From an uncultured Rivularia sp. (GTDB taxonomy: Bacteria > Cyanobacteriota > Cyanobacteriia > Cyanobacteriales > Nostocaceae): a DNA stretch of 64,000 bases. The notes beneath the pieces were generated by a model. It did not search any database, was not told the DNA's origin, and worked only from the letters and a program-made list of their open reading frames with translations. Shown here piece after piece: positions 23,979 to 35,126 of the stretch. The stretch is from NCBI GenBank assembly GCA_963665115.1, contig OY762007.1, positions 864,001-928,000 of the forward strand, written 5' to 3'. Within the stretch, counting starts at the first letter, position 1. Each line of letters opens with the position of its first letter. A program made the translations under genes and the position numbers.

Positions 23979-25007
23979 CTACTTCTTAGCCCAGAAGAAA
24001 TCTTTATCGATTTGTTGAGTGCGAATCAAATACTCTAACTGTTTTAAACGAGTAAATCCTCTAGAGAAAAATATTTCCTCAGTCATGTCAATTTGGTTAA
24101 ACACATCAAACAATTGTTTTGCTCCCGAACGGGCATCCCAATCGCATTTAAAGCCAGGTAAAACAGTATTAATTTTTTCAAAAGAAACTCGATAGCTGCG
24201 GTTATCTGAAGCACTATCGCCAAAGCTCAACTTACATCCAGGGAATGCTTCAGCAACAAATTCAGCTATTTCCTTGACTCGATAATTATTAGCGGTATCT
24301 CCAACGTTAAATATTTGGTTGTGTACGATATCGCGAGGAGCTTCCAAAGCACAAATAATCGCTTTAGAAATATCTAAGGCATGAACTAATGGCCTCCAAG
24401 GGGTACCATCGCTGATCATTTTTATTTCTTTGGTAGTCCACGCTAAACCAGCTAAGTTATTGAGAACAATATCAAAGCGCATTCTTGGGGAAGCACCGAA
24501 AGCAGTCGCATTCCGCATGAAGGTAGGAGAAAAATCATCGCTCGCAAGCGGTTGGACATCTCTTTCTACAAAGGTTTTACATTCTGCATAAGCAGTTTGG
24601 GGATTAACGGGGGATTCTTCGGTAACATCACCCTCGGTAGCAACACCATAAACGCTACAGGATGACATATATACGAAGCGGCGTATACCTGCCTGTTTCG
24701 CTAGTTTGGCAAGACGAACCGAACCAACATGATTGATATCGTATGTAATAGTTGGTGATAATTGTCCGGTAGGATCGTTGGATAGTTCGGCCATATGAAC
24801 TATAGCTTCTACGCCTTGCAAATCCTCTAAGGAGATATTACGAATATCTTTATTCAAGGTTTTGGCACTAGTTTCGGTACCGTTGTACAACCAACCAACT
24901 TTGTAGTAGCCAGTGTCTACACCAATTACTTCATGTCCCCGTTCAATTAACAACGGAGCTAACAAACAACCGAGATAACCTTCTGTACCAGTAACGAGAA
25001 TTTTCAT
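23979..25007 (-). CDS. NAD-dependent epimerase/dehydratase (extended SDR)
   Basis: TGTEGYLG, SSCSVYG and YAECK (YxxxK). Confidence 0.9.
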   Translation of the reverse strand: MKILVTGTEGYLGCLLAPLLIERGHEVIGVDTGYYKVGWLYNGTETSAKTLNKDIRNISLEDLQGVEAIVHMAELSNDPTGQLSPTITYDINHVGSVRLAKLAKQAGIRRFVYMSSCSVYGVATEGDVTEESPVNPQTAYAECKTFVERDVQPLASDDFSPTFMRNATAFGASPRMRFDIVLNNLAGLAWTTKEIKMISDGTPWRPLVHALDISKAIICALEAPRDIVHNQIFNVGDTANNYRVKEIAEFVAEAFPGCKLSFGDSASDNRSYRVSFEKINTVLPGFKCDWDARSGAKQLFDVFNQIDMTEEIFFSRGFTRLKQLEYLIRTQQIDKDFFWAKK

Positions 25008-25065
25008 TGATTTTGATTCCTATTAATTATTAATCATTCAGATAAGGATTTTTTACGAAATTAAA

Positions 25066-26284
25066 CTAGCAATTGACTGCTGCCGGTTTGAGATGCGCTT
25101 GTTCGGGAATTTCTGCCACTACAGCTTTGCCAATTTCTATAGAAGAGGTAGCTGCTGGAGAAGGTGCATTGCACACATGAACGGAGTTTTGACCTTTTAC
25201 AATCAAAAAGTCCTCTACTAACTTTCCATCGTTCATCAAAGCTTGAGCGCGAACCCCTGCGTGGGTGGGAATTACGTCTTCGGAGCGAACTTCAGGAATT
25301 AGTTGTTGCATACTTTTTACAAAAGCTGCTTTACTAAAAGAACGAATAATTTCTTTAATTCCTTCATCTGAGTGTTTTGCAGCGAGTTTCCAGAAGCCAG
25401 GATAACTCATTACTTCCGCAAAATCGCGTAGATTAAAATCTGTTTTCTTATAACCTTCCCGCTTCAAACTGAGTACGGCATTTGGTCCTGCATGAACGGT
25501 ACCGTCTATCATCCGGGTAAAGTGAACGCCAAGGAAGGGAAAATCTGGATTGGGAACCGGATAAATCAAACCTTTAACTAGATGACGCTTTTCCGGGACA
25601 AATTCGTAATATTCACCGCGAAAAGGTACAATCTTAGCCTGGGGATCGACTTTTCCTAATTTAGCTACACGGTCAGAATGCAAGCCAGCACAGTTAATTA
25701 GGAAGCGGGTTTCAAAACTGCCATTATTAGTTTCTAAAACCTGATTTTGACCGCTAGCAACTATCTTATATACTTTAGTGTTGAATTTGATTTCGCCACC
25801 TTGTTGCTGGATAATTTCCGCGTATTTCTGGCAAACTTGTTTGTAATTTACAATCCCAGTTGATCCGACCCAAATTCCTGCAACACTTTTTACGTGGGGT
25901 TCTTTTTCCTTGACTTCTTCACTCGTGATTTTTTTAACATCTAAACCATTTTCTAAACCCCGTTTGTAGAGGTTTTCTAAACGAGGAAGTTGTTCGGGAG
26001 AAGTGGCAACAATAACTTTACCGCAGACTTCATGGTCAATGCCGTGTTCCTGGCAAAATTGCACCATAGAAACGGCAACCTTCGCGGGAAAATTTGGCTT
26101 TGAAGCTACCAGGTTTATAATAAATTCCCGAGTGAATCACACCGCTATTATTACCAGTTTGGTGAAATGCTACTTGCTTTTCTTTCTCCAAAACCAAGAT
26201 TCTGGCCTTTGGATAGCGTTTCCCTAAAGCCATACTGGTAGAAAGACCGACTATACCCCCACCAACAATTACGAAATCATACAT
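25066..26284 (-). CDS. lhgO: L-2-hydroxyglutarate oxidase-like FAD oxidoreductase; +1 frameshift at 26070-26072
   Basis: [38 protein letters not shown] and [10 protein letters not shown] motifs, spread over two overlapping ORFs. Confidence 0.85.
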
Positions 26285-26392
26285 ATATTCTTCTTGGCTC
26301 CCCTGAAACTAAAGTAATTAAAGTAATTAAAGTAATCAAACAATTAACAATCATCCAAACAGACGTAGCAGTGCTACGTCTCTACAATTGAT

Positions 26393-27166
26393 TTACCAAA
26401 CCTTCCAAGGAGCTTCGTTATTCTTCCAAAGGTTTTCTAAATAATTTTTATCTCGTAAAGTATCCATTGGCTGCCAAAAGCCATCGTGCTTGTAAGCAGA
26501 TAGCTGTTCCATATCAGCCAGCTTTTCTAATGGATCTTTTTCCCAAACGGTAGAATCGCCTTCAATAAAATCTATAACTTGAGGTTCTAAGACAAAAAAT
26601 CCACCATTAATCCAAGCGTTATCTCCTTCTGGTTTTTCGCGGAAACTGGTAATCTTTGTTTGTTCTTGTCCTAGAACGATCGCACCAAAACGTCCTGGTG
26701 GTTGTACCGCACTTAAAGTGGCTAAAGTCTGTTGTTCTTGATGAAATTTAAGAATATTGGTGATATTTACGTTACTGACACCATCACCATAAGTAAAGCA
26801 AAAAGTTTCGTTACCAATATGCTCTTTGACTCGCTTTAATCTTCCACCTGTCAAGGTATTATCACCTGTATTTACCAAAGTGACGCGCCAAGGTTCGGCA
26901 TAACCAGAATGTACGTTCATCTGATTAAAGCGCATATCAAAAGTTACGTCTGACATATGTAAGAAGTAGTTGGCAAAATACTCCTTAATAATGTACCCTT
27001 TGTAACCACAACAGATAATAAAATCATTAATACCGTGAGCGGCATAAATTTTCATAATATGCCAAAGAATTGGCTTACCACCAATTTCTACCATCGGTTT
27101 TGGTCTAACGCTAGTTTCCTCACTTAACCGCGTACCCAAACCTCCAGCCAAAATTACTGCCTTCAT
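26393..27166 (-). CDS. rfbF: Glucose-1-phosphate cytidylyltransferase
   Basis: [31 protein letters not shown] and [16 protein letters not shown]. Confidence 0.95.
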   Translation of the reverse strand: MKAVILAGGLGTRLSEETSVRPKPMVEIGGKPILWHIMKIYAAHGINDFIICCGYKGYIIKEYFANYFLHMSDVTFDMRFNQMNVHSGYAEPWRVTLVNTGDNTLTGGRLKRVKEHIGNETFCFTYGDGVSNVNITNILKFHQEQQTLATLSAVQPPGRFGAIVLGQEQTKITSFREKPEGDNAWINGGFFVLEPQVIDFIEGDSTVWEKDPLEKLADMEQLSAYKHDGFWQPMDTLRDKNYLENLWKNNEAPWKVW

Positions 27167-27832
27167 AAAAACTGCCTCTAATTTTTTTTAAGGTAGATGA
27201 ATGAATAGTTCTCTTATGATTCAGATTAAGAGAAATTTTTATTTTCTCAGTATATAATCTAACCGTATTTTTACTTGATTTTGTAAAGACGAGATAAATA
27301 TAGCTGTTTTGTCTGTAAAAAAATGAAAAAGCTTGCTTTGCTATAAAATCGCGATTCAAGACTTTTGATGTTGCCAGATTAAAAATCACAAAATTACCTT
27401 TATCTACTTCTACAAAGCTAAGTGTAAATAAAGTTATATAAAGGATTTTTGATATATCAAAAATATAGAAAAAGAATCTATTAATTGACAATATTTTTTC
27501 TGTATTGCTTATCTAAAGAGTTATTATATCAAGTCCGGATAATTACGTATTATTCTCTGACAAAAATTAAAAAACTAAATTGATTGTCTGTACTAAGCCT
27601 CGTTTCAAAGAGATTTAGCGCTAATTTCATACCTATACTTCAGCTAGGTGCCATCCTTGAAGAATAATCTGGCAGGTTAAACAACTTAATATTTACTCCT
27701 CGCTCCTATTACAGACAAGCCATGAAGTAGAATTCTTATATTGATTGCAAAAGCTTCTAGTGCTTTAGTTTCTCTGTGTCATAGATTCGCGATTTATTAA
27801 GCCTGCACAAACTATGTTGTAAAAGAAAACAG

Positions 27833-27863
27833 ACGATACAGCATTCAGCGCGATCGCTCCGGC
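27833..27863 (-). promoter_or_regulatory. Candidate DIF1-like heterocyst-specific promoter for the HEP operon
   Basis: Minus strand reads GCCGGA-N18-GTATCGT: one mismatch to TCCGGA, followed by a TAN3T box, oriented toward rfbF. Confidence 0.3.
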
Positions 27864-28076
27864 ATTCACTCTTGAATATCTGGTAATAAACAACGAATAA
27901 TCAAAGAAAACAGTGAATTAATCTAGCTTGCTCAGGAGAGTAATATTACAGAATGTCTTTAAATATTTAAAGTATTAAAAGATACTTTACTATCCGTGCC
28001 AGCCTTTTTTATGTTGAATTTGGTTTTATCGTACTCGGCATATCAAACCTAAAAATTAATCAGCGCGGATGCGATA

Positions 28077-28372
28077 TAAGTAATTAAACAAAATTAATTA
28101 CACATTGTCATTGCGAGTGGAACGAAGTGAAATGAAGCATTCACCGAAGGTGTGGATCATCGCGACACTTTGAGATTACTTCGCGCAGCGAATAATGACA
28201 CAATTAATTTTGCAGACCCACTTATAAGTAATTAAACAAAATTAATTACACATTGTCATTGCGAGTTGAACGGAGTGAAACGAAGCATTCACCGAAGGTG
28301 TGGATCATCGCAAGGGTTGGGATTACTTCGCGCAGCGAATAATGACGGTAAATATTTTTGTTCACCTACTTA
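28077..28372. mobile_element. Tandem pair of 148-bp MITE-like elements with an internal GTCATTGCGAG...AATGAC palindrome
   Basis: Units 28077-28224 and 28225-28372. Each starts TAAGTAATTAAACAAAATTAATTA and ends in an imperfect inverted copy ...CACTTA / ...TACTTA. Confidence 0.75.
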
Positions 28373-28479
28373 GAATTGCATCCGCGCTTAATATGTAAAT
28401 CAATCTGTTTGTAATACAAATATATTATTGAAGAGCCTGCTATTAATTATTTATTAGCCGCATATTGTATGTAATCCTC

Positions 28480-28804
28480 GGGCACATTGATTTTGCCGGG
28501 TAAATTATTCGTAGTAGTTGATTGCATAAATTCTGAAAGGTTAGTTTTTCCCGTAACCTTCGGGAGACGTTATGTATAACGTCTCTACAACCCAGCAGAA
28601 TTATTGTGGGCAAGTACTAGTACTTGGGCAAATTGATTTTGTAAGGTTCGTAGTGAGGACTTCAGTCGTCTAATTTAGGGTTAAAGCCGCTACGTAGAAC
28701 CTTTGTTAGCCTTTATAACTGATGACGGTAAAATAGTGGATCGCATTAAGATGATTCATTTATTCCCAAAAAAATATAGAGACGCGATATATCGCGTCTC
28801 TACA
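28480..28804. repeat. Cluster of degenerate MITE/REP-like elements
   Basis: ggca(c/a)attgattttg left ends at about 28491 and 28627; aaggttcgtagt...gaacctt hairpin at 28643-28703 (relative at 38434-38499); two GAGACG..CGTCTCTACA hairpins. Confidence 0.6.
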
Positions 28805-28855
28805 ACTTTTCAGAATTAATAAAATAGATTACTAGTAGCGTTAGGGCATCAATTT

Positions 28856-31040
28856 TTATTGCTCTATTACACTTGTTTTTTGAAATAAGGTATCGCATTT
28901 GTTGTCAACAACAACGCAAATGCTGCTAAGTGCTTGCTGATAATTATCCATATCGTCTTTTTCCAGGGAAATTTTAGCCGCTTTTTGCAAATCTTCTATT
29001 GCTTGCTGACGATATGCATTGGATTCTCCTCCGCCATATTGTGCTAGTTCGTAGCGAACTAAACCCCGCTTTAAATACACTTTTGGTAGTTTAGAATTCA
29101 GCTGTAATGCTTGATTAAAATCTGTAAGAGCTTTTTTATATTCTTGCTCGAAGTTACTGCTGTATTGAGCTAATTGATAGCGGACTAAGCCTCTTTGATA
29201 GAAAGCTTCTGGTCTAGAGGAATTGATTTGTAAGGCTCGATTAAAGTCCTCAATTGCTCTTAAATAATCTTTCTGAGAATCACCGCTGAATTTTGCTATT
29301 TGAGAACGGACGATGCCTCGTCTAATGTAGGCTTCTACTTCGTCACGGTCAATTCTTAATGCCTGATTGTAGTCATCAATTGCCAACTTATATTCTTTGT
29401 CAGGGTCGCTGCTATATTCGGCAAGCATATAACGAACGTTACCACGATTGACAAGAGCTTTGATTGCGTTTGGATTTAATTTAAGAGCATGAGTATAATC
29501 TGTAAGGGCTGCTTCATATTCTTTTAGGTTATAGTGTGAATTGCCGCGATTGACGTAAGCTTTCGGACTGTCGGGATTTTGTTGTATTGCTTGAGCAAAA
29601 TTAGTAATGGCTTCTTCGTATTTCTTCCCTTTGTATGCAGCACGACCTTCTTTGTAATAATCTGTAAAGCTGCTTTTATTATCGACTGGTTTGGAACTTA
29701 TTAAAGTTTGTTGAGCGTATTGGTTTTCTTCAACTTTGGATGTTGTAAATTTAGTAACTATATCTAAATAACCCAATGTCAAGAAGCCGAGCAAACATAA
29801 AACGAGTGGATAAAATTTTGGCTTATTGTTTGGCTGATAGTAAGAAATCTTTCTACCAACTGGCGAAGGATGCTTCGGAGTCACGTATCTTGATGTGGCT
29901 ACCGTTGTAGCAGTCCTTCTTCTTGGGGTTGTAGTAGTACGTCGGCGATTCGCTCTGGGACGCGGCTTTAAGTGTTTCTTGCTGGCAACATCTTGAATTG
30001 ATGGAAAAGGATCTCTTCCACCCAATTTTGCACTACGTTCGCACCAAGGACATTTATGTAGGTGGTTGCTGTAAAGATGTTGGGGATTTTTCTGACAAGT
30101 ACGCAGGGCATCTTCTGCTTCAGCTAAAGCCAACAGCCATGTTTGAGCGTTCGGACGAATATTCGGGTTGTTATGGCCATCTTCAAAACAACGTATAAAA
30201 AGCTGTTGCAAAGTGGGATGAAGAATATCCCAAGATGGTGCAATAGGTGTTGGACTATAAGGTACGTGCCGATTCACACTGTAGGTAAAGTGCCCATTCG
30301 CAATACGGGCTTCATATGGTGGCGGTTCGCCTACCAAATGGTAAATTCCGGAAAATGGATGAGTACCTTCCATCAACAGCTGGAATATCAGTACTCCTAA
30401 ACCAAATAAGTCATGGGGAGTAGCGCGATCGTACTCGGAAAATGTTTTGTTTTGTAGTTCTGGGGGGGTAAATTCGGGTTTACCTACGGGAGTACGATAA
30501 ACAATATTAGTTTTTGGATCGCGGACTTGAAACGAATCGGTGTCCACAATTGTCACTAATGCCGTATCGCTAACTAAAATATTCGATTCGTTAACATCAC
30601 CAACGCAATATCCAGATTGATGTAAAGCAGCAAACGCCGCAGCCAAATTACGAGCAGTGCGTATGAGGTACTGATAGTTAAACAAAGGACAGTGTTGACG
30701 GCGAGTCCTTGGGTTATAAAAATCGATTACCGGACGCATCCCCCGAATGCGCGGCATCGTAAAACCAATAATATTATTACTACCGTCTGCGGCCCCGAAT
30801 TAGTTCGGAAGGCCAAGCAATAGAAATATGCCCTAAAGATGCTGTCGGATTTTCCGGTGGGTTAAGAACCATCACTTCCAGCTTGCTAGCCTTTTCTGCG
30901 TCAGGCTTATGGTAGACTTTGGCGACGGTTTCTGCATCTGAGGGTACTGTGTAGATGCACGCTTCACCACCACGCCCCAAGCTGACGTGGAGGTTGATCG
31001 GAACAATTTTTTGACTGGGAAGACAGTGTAGTACCTGCAT
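28856..31040 (-). CDS. Ser/Thr kinase (TerY-P triad/YegI-like) with Cys/His motif, TM helix and C-terminal TPRs; +1 frameshift at 30793-30796
   Basis: LGRGGEACIY..AKVYH (N-lobe, ORF 30780..31040) joins GDVNESNILV, VDTDSFQ, FTPPELQ and DLFGLG..GTHPF; followed by CPWC, hydrophobic FYPLVLCLLGFLTLGYL and TPRs (AYVNRGN, AYIRRG). Confidence 0.88.
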
Positions 31041-31108
31041 TTTTAAATTACAATGACTGTTGTTTAAATTTGACTGCGGTTCGATAGTATCGCTAATAAC
31101 TAATAAAT

Positions 31109-31891
31109 TTATGAATCGCTTAATGCTGCTATTATTAAAGTTAGATCGTCATCGGTACGTTGAGTAATTTTATCCGAACGTAAAAATTTAACTAGTTGTT
31201 CTTTTGCCCCTTTCAACTCTTCGGCATTAGCTACAAAGTCAAATAAAGGTAAGAAAAACGGCTTGTGCGGTAAACCCACAGACATATTTATTGCCAACAT
31301 TTGCAGCCCGTCGGTAAGAAGTGCAATGTTGGTAATACCCTGTCTCCATACGTTTACCTGTACCGAATCTAATGCCGTGGGCGAAGTCAAAAAGCTAGTT
31401 TCATTGATATATTCGCCACTATCGGGAACCGTTAAAGCTGTTAAATTTCCCGCGCTATCTTTAGCCACTGCTACGCCATCTCCTATTTGAGCCACTACAG
31501 CGACTATAGGTGTAGCTACCACAACAATTAAAGTTGTCGATAAATCCTTGGGTGGTCTATTTGAAGCTATCGCTTCTTCCTCAACTGCCGTTTTTGCAGC
31601 TAAGATTGCTTCACTTAATAGCGACTTTGCCGAGTTATCCCGATCTAGGGTTTCTCGATTTATCTGCTTAAGAGATATATTTTCAATCGCTGCTTCGACA
31701 GCAACCATTGCTCCTACCTTTCCCAAGCTAGCACTTCCAGCACCATCTGCTGCGGCTGCCACCAATATATTATCTGGCAACATCTCCCAGTGATGGGCAT
31801 CTTGACAAAGTTGTGAATTCCGAATGTGGCTGGTTCCACAAACTGATGCACCTACTACCCGCCAACGAAGCTGCTGTATTGAACTGTTCAT
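31109..31891 (-). CDS. PP2C-like Ser/Thr phosphatase (YegK-like)
   Basis: GTSH..CQDA, AADGAGSA, QIGDG, LLTDGL and RTDDDLTL motifs. Confidence 0.9.
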   Translation of the reverse strand: MNSSIQQLRWRVVGASVCGTSHIRNSQLCQDAHHWEMLPDNILVAAAADGAGSASLGKVGAMVAVEAAIENISLKQINRETLDRDNSAKSLLSEAILAAKTAVEEEAIASNRPPKDLSTTLIVVVATPIVAVVAQIGDGVAVAKDSAGNLTALTVPDSGEYINETSFLTSPTALDSVQVNVWRQGITNIALLTDGLQMLAINMSVGLPHKPFFLPLFDFVANAEELKGAKEQLVKFLRSDKITQRTDDDLTLIIAALSDS

Positions 31892-31935
31892 ATTAACAAT
31901 GTTTCGGGCTGTTTAATTGCTGTACTTGCACTATA

Positions 31936-32610
31936 TTAAACAGAACCCCAACCGATTGGTGGCAAAGCGACTTGTTCGTCCACTTTTGAATGAGAAACTG
32001 CTGACATACTAGCAGATAACCATACAAACATTTCGACAAAATTCAATCCATTCAGTTTTAAGGGGGTACGCACGGCTAATTGACTTAAGCGCGTCATGTT
32101 AGCATTCTCTACTCCTACGGAGAAAAAAGCAACACGTTTACTTGTTTCGTCACCCTGCAACCGCCGCGATGCCTGCTCTACAGTTTCATCCGGTTCTCCT
32201 TGTGGCTCGCCATCGGTAATCATAAATATCCAAGGACGATAGTAAGCCACTCCGTTAGAGCGGTACTGAGATTTACGTTCTTGAATCAAGTCTAAAGATT
32301 TGTGAATGCCAGCACCCATAGTAGTTAATCCTTGGGCTGTTAATATAGGCGGAGTAAATTGGTCGGCTGTCACAAAATCTTGTACTACGTTTATATTGCT
32401 ATCAAAGGTAACTATAGATACTTCGACTCTTCTTGATGCTAATGGATTTTTAGTTAATTCATCCTTAAAACTAAGCAAGCCTTGATTCAATGCTTCTATT
32501 GGCGCTCCTTGCATCGAGCCAGATGTATCTAATAACAGTACGCATGGACAACGAGGTTCGGGGTTCTCCGCGAAATCAACTACTTCGTCTAGTCTTAAGG
32601 TATCTGACAT
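31936..32610 (-). CDS. vWA domain protein (TerY/YegL-like)
   Basis: NPEPRCPCVLLLDTSGSM (MIDAS) and YYRPWIFMITDGEP. Confidence 0.92.
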   Translation of the reverse strand: MSDTLRLDEVVDFAENPEPRCPCVLLLDTSGSMQGAPIEALNQGLLSFKDELTKNPLASRRVEVSIVTFDSNINVVQDFVTADQFTPPILTAQGLTTMGAGIHKSLDLIQERKSQYRSNGVAYYRPWIFMITDGEPQGEPDETVEQASRRLQGDETSKRVAFFSVGVENANMTRLSQLAVRTPLKLNGLNFVEMFVWLSASMSAVSHSKVDEQVALPPIGWGSV

Positions 32611-33214
32611 AACTTTCGGTGTTATATTGAAGTTCTAAGGTTTGATTTTCGGTTGTACAAAGTATATAGTTTAAAGCCCCAAAGTAGCCATAGTTGTGGC
32701 ACTTTAGACAAAGGATATTTTCATAAAGGTTCGCACATTACTAATGCATTATTACTTATAAAGTTCGATATATCTTGACTATTATTTAGCTAAATCATAA
32801 GCAATTTTGTGGATTTTGGATGGCTAATTGTTAATGGCTTTATATACATAATATATCTAGAATACAATAAATTCGTACTTATGCATACGTGGAAACTTAA
32901 AGATTAGATGTAGAAAAAACAAATTATTGGATAAAAAAGTGAAGGCTTGAAAAACATATCTTACTAACAAGAGAATTGATTAACTAATATCCTCCACATG
33001 AATAGTAACTTTTAGTTTAATGTATTGAAGATACGCATATTCTCAAAACAAATGTAACAATTAGGCTGTGATGTAATATTTTTAGCTGGTAATATGTCCA
33101 TGTCAGAAGAGGGCAGATTGATTCATACAGAATATCCACTATGTATATACTTAATTAGATTCAATTGATGTTTACAAATATTTTATCTCCTACAACTGTA
33201 ATTCTCTATCCTAT

Positions 33215-34649
33215 ATGAATAATTTTGCGACTTTCACAAAACTGCCTCCCTTAAGTTTGTTAAGACACTTATCTAGTTGCTTCGAGAACACTTGTTTGCA
33301 AGTTCAAAGTCATTCGGTTAACTGGTGGATTTACTTAGAAGAAGGAAAAATCGCTTATGCGACTCATTCTATAGAACCTTTCGATCGACTAGAACGTCAT
33401 TTACGTCGGCTTTCGGTTCAAATTCCCGCTTTAACAAGTGAAATTCGCGTGCAGTTACGCATGATGTTTGAACCAGATTCGCAGCGTTTGTCAGACAGAA
33501 ATGTAGAAGATACATCATATTCAATATCCTCGGCTCAGCCTTCAGATTATCAAGCAATTTGCTGGCTAATTAGTCAAAAATATTTGAATCCAACACAAGC
33601 AGCTATATTAATTCAAGAGTTAGTTAAAGAAGTAATTGAATCATTTTTATTAATAAAAAAAGGTACATACGAATTTCATAAACATTTAAATTTATCCCCG
33701 AAAATTTGCCGACTTGATGCCGAAAAACTATTATCATTTTCTCAGGATAGATTACAAGCTTGGCATAATCTTAATCCTCAAATTACTTCTCCATTTCAAC
33801 GTCCCTATCTATGGATTAATACAAAAACTCAAATACAGAAAATATCGGAAGTTCAGCCGAATTTAGTCAATTGGATGAAGGGTTTTAGTTTGCGTCATCT
33901 TGCTGTAATTATGAATCAAGATGAACTTCAATTAGCACGAAGCTTATACCCCCATATCCAAAGTGGAGCAATTTTATTACACGAACCCGATCCACCATTT
34001 GATAAGCTACCTAAAACTGATGTTCTGTTATCTTATGCTCCTACAAAAATAAGGCAAGGTAATGTTAAAGAAGTAGCTGATACAAGTCATTTAAGAGAAG
34101 CTTTACCAGAAAATACTAAGCAAAAACAAAGCGTCCCCCTTCCAAAGCAGAGAATACCTGTTAATAAGGTAACAATTGCTCCAGTTACCCAACTTTCTTC
34201 CCCTTCTACAGAAAAAGTTGAAAAAGAAATAAAAAAAGATAACATTAAACCTGCTTCTCCTACCGAAACCTTACCACCACAAAAAGTTTACAAAATTGTT
34301 TCTGTAGATGATAGTCCCAGTAATGCTCAAAGAAATTAGTCGTTTTTTAGAAGACGAAAGTTTCTCTGTTGTGACTATAGACAATCCTCTTAAAGCTGTA
34401 ATGTCAGTTATTCGACATCAGCCAGATTTAATTTTGTTAGATTTAAACATGGAAGGAATTGATGGTTATGAATTGTGCCGAATAATACGAAACAACTCTA
34501 AATTCAAGAATACTCCCATAGTTATGGTTACGGGAAGTAAAGGATTTGTAGACAAAGTAAAGGCGAGATTAGTAGGAGCTAGCGGTTATTTAACTAAACC
34601 TTTTACTCGTGCCGATTTACTCAAAATGGTATTTATGCATTTAACTTGA
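33215..34649 (+). CDS. PatA-family response regulator (PATAN + REC); +1 frameshift at 34316-34318
   Basis: PATAN-like N-terminus (WWIYLEEGKIAYATHS, DYQAICWL, ITSPFQRPY). The REC domain is split at VSVDDSP|VMLKEI...PDLILLDLNM...YLTKPF. Confidence 0.85.
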
Positions 34650-34763
34650 TTTGTTGGGGCAATATCAGTTATAAATTCGTGACAAGTCAGCTATAAATGA
34701 TTCATCAAAGCATCGGATTGATTCGAGACTAGGATTACTAAATATGAATACTGAGGAAACAAC

Positions 34764-35126
34764 ATGGCTACAGTTTTAGTTGTTGAAGATACTCCTTCTC
34801 AACTGGAGTTGATGAACATTTTTTTGCAAGAAGCTGGGCATACGGTTCTTCGAGCAACTAATGCTAAAGACGGCTTAGAGAAAGCACGGCTGCATCAGCC
34901 TTCGGCGATTATTACAGATGTAGTAATGCCGGGAATGAGTGGTTTTGAATTTTGTCGTAAGCTAAAAAAAGATATAGATACTAAAAAAATACCGATTATT
35001 TTTTGTAGTTCCAAAAATAAAGATATTGACCGCATCTGGGGAATGAGACAAGGGGCGGATTTTTATCTGACAAAACCTTTCACCAAACAGCAATTAATTG
35101 GTGCGGTGAAATCAATTATCATTTAA
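34764..35126 (+). CDS. Single-domain CheY/PilH-like response regulator
   Basis: VLVVED, ITDVVMPGMSG and DRIWGMRQGAD.YLTKPF. Confidence 0.9.
   Translation: MATVLVVEDTPSQLELMNIFLQEAGHTVLRATNAKDGLEKARLHQPSAIITDVVMPGMSGFEFCRKLKKDIDTKKIPIIFCSSKNKDIDRIWGMRQGADFYLTKPFTKQQLIGAVKSIII

Noticed and set aside
27120..27491. 123-aa ORF upstream of rfbF
   Set aside because: AT-rich, F/I/K-biased, overlaps rfbF out of frame and has no motif; probably spurious.
28077..28372. 148-bp tandem units as tRNA, riboswitch or CRISPR
   Set aside because: No cloverleaf or recognisable aptamer; terminal inverted repeats fit a MITE better.
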